NCBI RefSeq assembly: GCF_963921235.1
Contig: NC_086097.1
Span: 193,628,001-193,692,000 of the forward strand
Reading direction: 5' to 3'
DNA from: Mobula hypostoma
Lineage: Eukaryota
Length of the DNA stretch: 64,000 nt
The notes under the pieces are model-generated. The model was not told the DNA's origin. It ran no database searches and saw nothing but the letters and a program-made list of their open reading frames with translations. This document shows positions 12,224 through 22,534 of this stretch, one piece after another. Position 1 is the stretch's first letter. Every line of letters starts with the position of its first letter. Both the position numbers and the translations under genes were made by a program.

Positions 12224-14782
12224 AGAGCCTATTTATATGATTTTATGACTCTCATTTGCTCTTAAAATTGATTAAATGCATTCACACAAAGTAAAATAAT
12301 TAAAAACTGAAATGACCATTTGGTTCCAAATCTTAAGGTCAGGAAAGCCAGTTTATACCAACAGGGATTAGCTGGATTATTATTGTAAGAGCAGCATAAA
12401 TTTGGGATGTTCTGAGTGCACCCATCCTATGATATGACTGTAATGATATAATGGACGTAGAACAGAGATTGAATAAAATAATATGTTCTATTTTTGAAAT
12501 TTAGAAGCTCACTTCTCTCAACGTATCATTCAATTTAATGTGTTTTCTCTTTTTAATAAATGAATTTACAAATCCTATCATGCATTCCCTTTAGATGTTT
12601 TACATTATGTCATTTTGTTTAAATACATAGATGATTTCAGGGGATAATAATGCTAAATTTAACCTTACATTTGAATAATTTGATGATTATTATTTTCATT
12701 AGTATCATTTTGCAGAATGTACTTAGAATGTAGTGAAAAGTTTACTCTCTAATGTTAGTGGACACTATTGATATAGCTAAACAATTAATCCAGATTTTTT
12801 TAAGAAAAAAGATTAAATGAGAGTTAATACTGGAGATCTCCCATGCCCCATCTTTCTGCTAAATATAGTTCAGTAAATTCCCACTAAGACTCCAGTTGTC
12901 ACTTGTTTCCATTTGCCCTACTGCCATTCTTTGTGTCTGCAAATAAACATTCTATACTTAAACTGTGCTCTTGCCTGCAGTGGTATTGAAAAGATTAAAA
13001 ACTGAATGGACCTTACATATTCCTTGCAGAATGAGTGAATAATTATGAACAAGAGCCGAGATACTGGAAACCATATACACGATAACACAAATGTGATAAA
13101 GCAACTTCCATTAGCAAAGGTTGAAATGGACAAAGATTTCAGCATGATTACTGTCCATTCATTAAAAGTATCTAACGAATGCAAAACACCAATCAGTAAT
13201 AATATTCAAGTACTACCTTTGAATTCAATATGAAGCCATATTACCATGTCCAAATAACTTGTTTTAATTTTATGTTAATTTATTGCAGTTATTTTATGTC
13301 TAGAATACCAGCTCTCTGCAAAAGTGGTTTTCTGGAATGAATTCAGAGAACAACAGAGGTCTTTGGTTCTGTTCAGAAAGAGGTAAACAAAACTAACACC
13401 GCTGGAATAAATTAGATTAAGGGTTTTAAAATATTGAGACTTATGGAAAAGTTATATCTAAAAAGACAATTTAATTTGATCATAGAAGATGGATAACAAA
13501 CTTGAAGCAAAGGATGAAATATTAAAGATTCCTTATAGATAGTAGTGGCTGGGCAGAATGAGTTTCCAGTTAATATTATGCTAAATAATACAGCTTATTT
13601 TTATAAAGATAGTTTTCATAAAAATAATTGGTGATCATTTATTAGATAAAAATGTAATGTGTTTACTGAAAAGAATATAACTTTAGATAAAAGTAAATAG
13701 TAAACAAAATGACAAGTTTTATGATGCTATATACAGTAAAGTATAAATAGAATGCAGGGTGGGTAAGACTAGGCTGGACAAACATGCTTGAAATCTATAT
13801 TAAGTTATGAGATCATCTTCCACTGTGCAGTGAATGGCTATATTCCAGTCCTCCTCATTGGACTTCCTCTATTTAGAACAATGTGTAATACAAAGAAAGG
13901 TTAGCCATTGGATAATAGTTTGAGGAGTCTTTTGAGGTTTAAGGCAAAAACTTTATTAAAAGGGAGCAAAATGGAGTTCTGAGTAGGAGTTGTCAATGAT
14001 ACTGACTCAGATTGGCAGATGGAGAATGATTCGGAATTCAGATATCTTATTAAAGAGCTCGTTAGAGTTGGGGAGAAAAATTAATGAGGGTCTATTGTAA
14101 CTAACTATAAAATGAGACAAATGCTTTTCTGTGGAGTCTTAACAAATACACAGCTGAGAAGGATGCTAATTATTCAGGTACACTTGTATAAATGAACTAC
14201 AATTGTTCAAGTTGAAAAGTATAAATGATTGAGACCAGCCAATCAGGCAACTTACTCCAAACATCACAGGCATAATTGAAAACAAGACCAATAAATATTT
14301 ATAGAGTCATAACTAATCAAGGGGACTTCATGAGCTAGACTCATTTGCCATGTTTAGCCCACATCCCTTTAGACCGGGACTTGGTTAATGGCAAGAGTCG
14401 TGGCATAAAAAAGTTTGGGATCCCCTGCCATAGACACTGCCTACTCACAAATCTGCCGTCGAGTAATATAGCACAGAGACAGACCCTCAGCCAATTGGCC
14501 CATGCTGATCAAAGTTCCTATCTAAGTAGTCCCATTTGCCTGTATTTGGCCCATATCCCTATCTGATGGCCAGAAAGAACTCAAATCTACAAATAACGAG
14601 AAGGAGTGAGGCAGGAGCAGTGGAAACAGACAAAGAAAAGGACATGTCATCACAGGGATAGAGGCTGCCATTTTGTGAGACTGTTCTTGCAGCCACCATT
14701 TTATGAACTGTTTGAATGAACTGATTCTTATTCTGGAAAGCTGCTTAGATGGCTGCAGAGTTACCTTCATGGATGGACCATC

Positions 14783-16046
14783 AAAGTTGTTATCTCTGGT
14801 CAGGCTTCTGATTCTTCAACCATCAATGCATCTGTACCACAGGGTTCAATACTTGGGCCACTTCTGGTTTTCCATCATTATTGACAATTTGGTTGATGCA
14901 TGCAGTAACAAGCTATACCTGTACGCTGATGACTCCACACTATTTGCACCAATTAGAGCAGGAGAGAGTAATACAGTGGCAGCAGGCCTGAATAGGGATC
15001 TTGACAGGCTGAAAGCCTGGGCTAGGTGACTGGAATATCACCTTTGAGCCTACTAAGTGCAAGGCGATGGTAATGTCTAGGAAGAGTATTTTGGGCGCTG
15101 CAAGCTTGATTTAAAGGAGCTAGTAATCCTTGGTGTTAATATTGACAGCAAGTTGGTGTGGGGTAAACACCTTTCCACTATTTCAAACAAGGCTGGACAA
15201 AGGCTCGGAGCTCTGCGGAAAGTAGCATCCAAACTAGACAAAGAGGGCAGAGCCACGGTTTACAAAACCCAGATACAAAGTATCATGGAGTCTGCCTGCT
15301 TATCATGGATGAATGCCTCACAGAGTGTCCTCAGCCAGCTTGATTCCATTCAAAGAAAGGCTCTCAGGATTATAGGTGAAGATGAAGCCATAGCTCATGA
15401 GAAGATAGCCATCAGTAGCTTACACCACAGATGACAGGTTGCTGCAGCTACTGTGCTATACAAAGTGCACACCAGCCACAGCCCTGCAGACCTTCGCGCC
15501 ATGCTGCCTTCATCTTATGAGAGACAGCGCACCATACGATCAAGTTTATCTATGTCTGCTCATGCTGTTTCCATGCCTGATGCAAGAACCTACATACTGG
15601 ATAGAAGTTTCCTTCACTGTGCTATCAGAATTTGGAACAGCCTTCCAGATGCTGTGGTTGGAAACATCTGCGATGATGGGGTCCAAGCCTTCAAGAGTCA
15701 AGTGCACAAACACCTATCATCTCTGTGAGGAAAGTCACAGACTTCTTCATAAGTTATCATGAAGGGGACCAGGATAGCAATGCTTGGTTGTTGGTAGGTA
15801 GGGTTAATACCTGACTTTCAAGGGCACTTGTGAGTTACGTTCCGGCTGGACTTAGTCCTTAAAATGCTGGAGAACAGTGCAGAAAGAACAGATGCTGTTT
15901 TCTCCCGGTAGGGATTAGTTTTTAGTTCCAAGTGCTCCTGCCATGTTTTGTCACCCTGTAACCTTATCCTTCAATCTCTTTGAATTAGGGAGGATAGCAT
16001 TTGTGTAAATGTCTCTCTCCAGCAGACTTCATCATGATCATCATGA
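14783..16046 (+). mobile_element. 5'-truncated non-LTR retrotransposon of the CR1/L2 group (Crack/Daphne-like), RT C-terminus plus 3' UTR
   Basis: Motifs SVPQGSILGPLL, LYADDSTL, LNRDLDRLKAWA, YKTQIQSIME and AIRIWNSLP across frameshifts; CATCATGATCATCAT tail at ~16030-16046. Confidence 0.8.
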
Positions 16047-16454
16047 CTCCAGTATTGCTACTATTTTTTAATGTTTCTTAATTGTACATATAATTTTTTT
16101 TTGTGTGTTCTGTCACTGAGCAGCAGTAAAACATCTGATTGGCCTATCAGAGTGCTCTTTGGGAACTAGTTGACTTGATCAGCATTTCTGATCTGGCTAC
16201 TGTTCACGATTGCACTTAATAAAACAAAAGGATAACTGTATCAGAGCAACTGACCATGGACGCAATGCATTTTCTGCAAACCTGAAACCGTTTTCAGATA
16301 TGAAGCTTGTTATCATGTAAAAGTGAAGGCTGGTAGAAGGAACTGCTTGTGATCTGGTGGTCTGGGCCGAGTATCTGGCCAGCCTGCTTGAACTGGTTTG
16401 AACTAGTCTATGTTGGAAATAATAAAAGAAACTACCTAGGGCATGTCTGGGAAA

Positions 16455-18030
16455 AAGACGCATGAAGTAATTCTGCTTCTTGGACTACACCTCTTCCTAC
16501 CCCGTTACTTGTAAAAATGCCATTCCCTTCTCTCAATTCCTTGTTCTCTGCCACATCTGCTCTCAGGATGAGGCTTTTCATTCCAGAATGAAGGAGATAG
16601 TCCTCCTTCTTCAAATAAAGGGGCTTCACTTCCTCCACCATCAAAGCTGCCCTCAACTACATCTCTTCCATTTCACACACCTCTGTCCTCACCCCATCCT
16701 CCCGCCACCCCACTAGGGATAGGATTCCTCTTGTCCTCACCTACCCAGACAGAATAATTCTGCAGGAATTGCTCCCTACTCCCTTGTCCATTTATCCCTC
16801 ACCACTGATCTACCTCATGCCACTTATCTTTGCAAGTGGAATAAATGCTAAACCTGCCCCTACACCTCCTCCCCACTACCATTCAGAGCCCCAAACAGTC
16901 CTTCCATGTAAGGCAACACCTCACCTGTGAGTCTGTTGGGATCACCTATTGTATCTGATGCTCCCGTCATGGCCTCTTTTGTACCTGCTTCGCGAAGCAC
17001 CTACGCTCCATCCACAGAAAAAGTGTGATTTCCCAGTGGCCACCTATTTTAATTCTGCTTCCCATTCTCATTCCAACATGTCCATCCATGGCCTCCTCTT
17101 AGATCATGATGAGGCCACACTCAGGTTGGAGGAGAAACACCTTTTATTCTGTCTGGGTAGTCTCCTACCTGATGGCATGAGCATCAATTTCTCAAACCTG
17201 GTAATGCCCCTGTCCTCTGTTTCCCATCTCCTTTTCCCTTTCTTACCTTATCTACTTGTTTTCCCATCACTTCCCTTAGGCGCTCCTCCCCCTTTTTCTT
17301 TCTTCCATGGCCTCTGTCCTCTACTATTTGTCATGGTCCGGTCCGTGAAGTCCACATTCCGGTTCACGGTCCGGTCCATTGACTCAGGATTCTGGGTTTT
17401 CCAGCTGTCCATTGTTTTGGTTGAGTTAATCATAGGCACCTGATTCCCATCTTGGGGCTTGGAATATAAGTAGCCTTGGGGATGACTGTGGGCTGCTGGT
17501 TTGTCTTGTCAAGATCTTGTGGGAGCAACCTGCTGGTGGAAGGCTGGGGTGGACACTTGTCATCTTTGGGCTGATTGGAGAATCATCCCTTCATGGAGCC
17601 TTGCTGTTGGTAGTTGGAGCTGTTGTTGTGGTGTGGATTTGGCTGTTTTCCAGGCCAGATGAGTGGCTGTCAGCCACTCCGAGCTCGGTAGGCTGTTTCT
17701 GTAGCCAGCTGAGGTTGCTGGCTGAACTGTGATACTATTAGATCCCCCCTTCTCCAGCCCTGCATCTCTTTCACCAATCAACTTCCTGGGTCTTTACTTC
17801 ACCCCTCCCCCTTCCCCTCCCAGTTTCACCTCTCGCCTTGTGTTTCTTTCTCCCCTCCCCCCACCTTCTAACTCTGACTCCTCATTGCTTTTCTTATTCT
17901 CCAGTCTTGCTGAAGGGTCTTGGTACGAATGTTGACTGTACTTGTTTCCATAGATGCTGTCTGGCCTGCTGATTTCCTCTAGCAATTTGGTGTGTTGCTT
18001 GGATTCTACCGTCTGCAGATTTTCTCTTAT
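16455..18030 (+). mobile_element. Penelope-like element fragment (RT C-terminus, GIY-YIG endonuclease remnant, pseudo-LTR), interrupted by a solo LTR
   Basis: DYTSSYPVTCKNAIPFSQF; FTCESVGITYCI; VATYFNSASHSHSNMSIHGLL...RLEEKHLLFCLGSLLPDGMSINFSN; pyrimidine-rich tail and terminal CCATAGATGCTG...TCTGCAGA motif. Confidence 0.85.
17329..17734 (+). mobile_element. Solo LTR of a Gypsy (Tf1/sushi-type) element
   Basis: Starts TGTCATG and ends TGTGATA (decayed TGTGACA); perfect 5-bp TSD CTATT at 17324-17328 and 17735-17739; internal CACCTG and TATAAGTA motifs; 406 bp. Confidence 0.8.
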
Positions 18031-18399
18031 AAGTAGTTCTACTTGTAGCCTTGGGCCAGACTCAGCGAGAAGCTGACACAAGTCAGTTAGATGAGCTGGA
18101 GCCATTGAAATTGAAAGATAACAGATTGATCTGATATGGAGAAGGATAAAAATGGAGGATTTTGCAAGTATAGACAGCAACTACTGCAGTAGTGGATGAC
18201 CCCACTTTGGAAATATGGAGATTACATCAGAATCAAAAGGAAAGACTGGCCATTGTACACTCCTTTCCCAAGGTAATTACATTTGCTATGCTTTGACAAT
18301 TTATGGAGGGTACACAGGTACTCAGTTTTGTAAATTCACGTGTTTGTTAACTGTTCCAATAAAGGTATTTGTCAGTAAATACAGATTCTGTCTGTGCCC

Positions 18400-20370
18400 A
18401 AGGGATCATTATTGTTGAGAGTTAATATCTGTTACATATCCATGTACATGTCCAAGTGCCTTTTAAATGTTGCTAATGCACCTGCCTCAGCCACTTCATT
18501 TGGTGGATCATTTCCTAAACTGACCACCTTGGTGGAAAAATTATACCTCATGTTCCTATTATTTTCCCCCTCTCACCTTAAATCTATGCTCTCTAATTCT
18601 TGGCACCACAAAAAGATTGTGTGCGTTCACACCATCTTTGCCCATCATGATTTTATACATCTCTGTAGGATCACCCCTTATTCTCCTCTGCTCCAGTGAA
18701 TAAAGTCCCAATCTGCCTTACATCTCTTCATAACTCAGTCCCTTAATACCTGCCAATATCTTTAAAAACATTATCTGCTGTCTTTACAGTTTAATGCAAT
18801 CGTCCCTAAAATGGAACTCAATAATCCAAATGCATGCTCACCAGTGTCTTGTACAAATGCAGCATATTCCAACTTATATAGTCAGTGACCTGATTGATGA
18901 AGGTCAGCACACCAACAGCTTTCTTCATGAACTTGTCTACCTGCAATGCCACTTTCAAGGAACCATATACTTATACTCCAAGATCCCTCCAATCTACAAC
19001 ACTTCCCGGGTCCTACAATGCTCTGTCTTCCCAAAATGCAACACCTCATCCTTATCCAAAGTAAATTTGATAGGCCATTCTTCAGCCCACTTGCCAGCTA
19101 TCTAAATATCTTTTAAATGTATTCTTCAACCAGTCTCTATCCCTTCCTTTGGCATCATATTCTATATACCTACCATCCCCTGTTTAAAAGCTTGTGCCTC
19201 AGATTCCTTCTCACTTTAAAATGTATGACCTCTAGTTTTAGATACCATCCTTTGGAAAAAGACTGTGACCATCCACCTATGAATTCACCTCAAGACTTTA
19301 TAAACCTTTTTAATGTCACCCCTCTGCCTCTTTTGCACCAGGGAACATATCGCAGCCTATCCATTTTCTCAGTATAAGCTTGTCATTCCCACTAAATTTT
19401 TGTAAAACTATTCTGCACCCTCTCTAGCCTAACCACATTCTTATAGTACGGCATTCAGAACTGCACACAATTTTCCAGGTGTGCTGTCGTCAACATCTTG
19501 TGAGGCTGTCATATAACATCACAGCTTTTTTTAAAACTCAGTGCAATGCACACAAGATGCTGGAGGAACTAAGCAGATCAGGCAGCATCTATGGAAATGA
19601 ATAAACAATGAACATTTTGGGCCAAGACCCTTCTTCAAGACTCAGCCCAAAATGTTCATTGTTTATTCATTTCCATACATACTGTCTGACTTGCTGAATT
19701 CCTCCAGCACTTTCTATGTGTTGATCTGGATTTACCAGCATCTGCAGAATCTCTTGTGTTTTTAACTCAGTGTTCCGTATGATGAAGGCACGAGTGTCAA
19801 ATGCCTTCTTCACCACCTTATCTACCTACAGTGTATTGCAATGCTTGAGGAACTTGGTACTTCTTCCCACATATCTTTGTTTCATCACATTCCCCAGAGC
19901 TCTACTATTCAATGTACTGTGTTTAACTTCCCAAAATGCATCACTTCACACTTATCTGCATTAAATTCTATTTGCATTCCTTTGAAAACTTTCCTAATTG
20001 ATGTAGACTCCATTGAAACTTTAGACAACCTTCTTCACTGTTCAGCTCGCTACTAATTTTGATGTCATCCGCAAACTTGTCATGCCAACTACATTCTCAT
20101 CCAAATTGGTGAAAAATATGGCAACCCAGCACTGATCCCTGTGCTACATCACTGGCCACAGTCTTCTCATTTGTAAAAGGATGCTTCACCGCCGCCCTCT
20201 GACACCTTCCACAAAGTCAATTTTGTGTCTAATTGGTTAGCTCACCTTGGATCCCATGCGGTCTCACCATCAGGACCCAGACCACCGTTGTAGAACGTTG
20301 TCAAAAGCCAATGCCTACCTCCCTGGCCTTTTCAATCTTCTTGGTCACTTCTTCACACAGTCAAAGTCAT
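18400..20370 (-). mobile_element. Cluster of degenerate CR1-type LINE 3'/RT fragments
   Basis: Reverse-complement similarity to the better preserved CR1 copies at 33700-34640 and 39430-40600. Confidence 0.6.
19544..19759. mobile_element. Penelope-derived foldback (inverted pseudo-LTR) insertion
   Basis: The arms GCTGGAGGAACT...GGAAATGAATAAACAATGAACATTTTGGGC and GCCCAAAATGTTCATTGTTTATTCATTTCC...TTCCTCCAGC are reverse complements; flanking AACTCAGTG is duplicated. Confidence 0.75.
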
Positions 20371-20384
20371 GAGGCTTTATTGTC

Positions 20385-20923
20385 ACCAAAGACACTCACA
20401 AAGTCACGAGTTTCTACAGATGTACTATGGAGAGCATTCTAACTGGCTGCACCACTGTCTGGTATGGGAGGGGCACTGCACAGGATTGAGGTAAGCTGCA
20501 GAAGGTTGTAAACTCAGTCAGTTCCATCGTGGGCACTAGCCTCCACAGCATCCAGGACATCTTCAAGGAGTGATACCTCAGAGAGGCAGCATCCTTATTT
20601 AAGGACCCCCGTCTCCCAAGACATGCCCTTTCTCATTGCTACCACTAGGGAGGAGTTGCAGGAGCCTGAAGGCAAACTCTCAACAATTCAGGAACAGCTT
20701 CTTCCCCTCTGCCATCAGATTTCTGAATGGTCATTGAACCCATAAACACTGCCTCACTACTTTGAGTTTTATTTCTTGTTGCACTACTTACTTACTTTAA
20801 CTTTTTAAAAAAATATATATACTTACTGTAATTTACCAATTTCATTATGTATTGCAATGTACAGCTGCCGCATACAACAAATTTCACAACATATGCCAGT
20901 GATATTAAACCTGATTCTGATTC
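20385..20923 (+). mobile_element. Rex1/Babar-type LINE 3' end
   Basis: FYRCTMESILTGCTTVWYG and FRNSFFPSAIRFLN; ends ATTAAACCTGATTCTGATTC. Confidence 0.75.
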
Positions 20924-21013
20924 CATGTTGAATATCCCTAATCAATCCTTGGCCTTCCAAATGCATATCGATCCTATCCCTTAGGATTCCCATTCATTAA
21001 CTTTCCCATCACT

Positions 21014-21418
21014 TGTCACGGTCCCGATCATTAACTCCTTATCTTTCTCCTAATTTCCTTTGATTGTGCCATAGTTCCGACCACTAATTTCCCATTTGCT
21101 TCTAATTCTCTTTGATGACGGCATACCTGGTTTCCATCAAGACCTGCAGCATAAGAACCCTGGTGTTACAACCACTAGTTGCCAGATTGTTGGTTTTGCC
21201 TGTGTGGTAATTAATGTTTCCTGGCTGCTTAGGACTGTGTGTTCTAAGTTTTGCTCCAGTTTCAAGGTTGACCTATGAAACTCTGTCTCTCTGTGTCAAG
21301 GCTCAGTGTCCAGATCCCTCCTGTTTGCTGTTCAACGTTCACATCTGCGTAAGCATCCTAACTCAATCTCCATGCCTGTGTCCTGCTCTTGGGTTCGCTT
21401 CATTCACTCATTGCAATA
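21014..21418 (+). repeat. 5' LTR of the Gypsy element (405 bp)
   Basis: Direct repeat of 25395-25796, with about 35 substitutions and one 3-bp indel by manual alignment (~91% identity). Confidence 0.95.
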
Positions 21419-21434
21419 GAACGTTCTGGCCACA

Positions 21435-22534
21435 ATGGACCCAGCAGACACGAGTACCCTGCAACAAGCCCTCGCCAGCCAGGACTCCCTACCGGGTCTG
21501 CACAATCAAGTTCTCTGGGATGTCATGGAGAACCTCTGTTCCCAGTCTGCTAACGTAATGAAGATCAGTGACCAGGTGGACCGTGTATCCACTCATTTAA
21601 CCTAATTTCCTCTCCTCAAGCTCCTATAGTTCTTGCTATCCCTGGTTAGGTGGCCATATTCCCCACATTGACTGGTCCACCGGGAAGATAGTCAGCCAGG
21701 ACCAGCCCAGACAGCCTGTAGTGGCAACCCCCTACGTGTCAGCAACACCCCGCCAAGAGAGCCGCACATACCTGAACCAGGACACTGGGGATTTGGGGAA
21801 TTGCCGGGCCTTCCTTCTGCAATACTCCTTGTTGTACGAACAGCAGTCATCCACGTACTCCACGGATAAGTCAAAGATAGCTTATATCATGGAGTTGTTG
21901 TGGGGAAGTGCCTTAGTGTGGGCTACGGCTGTTTGGGATAATCAACCGGATATCTGCTCTTCTTTCCCCACCTTTATCACAGAAATGAGAAAGATCTTTG
22001 ACCACCCCATCCATGGTAAAGATGCCGCTAAGTATTTACTCTCTCCGTCAGGGCTCACGCAGTGTTGTTGAATATTCTGTGGAGTTCCGGACATTAGTGG
22101 CCGACTCGGGGTGGAACAATAAGGCACTCCAAGGGGTATTTTGGAATGGTCTCAGCGACATGGTGAAAGTCGAGTTGGTGGCAAGAGATGACACCGACAG
22201 CCTGGGTTCCCTAATCTCCCTAGCCACCAGGTTGGACAATTGTCTTCGAGAACGCCAAAGGGAAAGAACTGGTCGTCCACCACCTTTGGCCACTCCATGG
22301 CACTCATTACCATCTCCCACCAGCACAAGCCTCTCTTCTCCTCCTGCTCCTAGAATAGCTCCCAGCCCGGCTGTTTCCACCGCCCCGAGAGAGGAACCCA
22401 TGCAGCTGGGACGGAACCGCCTTTCTCCCACAGAGCGACTCCAGAGATTGAGAGTGGGGGAGTGTCTCTATTGCAGCCAGTCCAGCCACTTCCGTGCTAC
22501 CTGTCCCCTTCGGCCAAAAGGGAAGGCTCACTAG
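21435..22534 (+). pseudogene. Gypsy gag remnant (frameshifted) with CCHC zinc knuckle
   Basis: Starts MDPADTSTLQQALASQ; contains [35 protein letters not shown] and [14 protein letters not shown]; ends GKAH-stop. Confidence 0.9.

Noticed and set aside
21435..22534. Domesticated sushi-derived gene (PEG10/RTL-like)
   Set aside because: gag has frameshifts, stops and an inserted pol fragment, while both LTRs and the TSD persist, indicating an ordinary decaying insertion.
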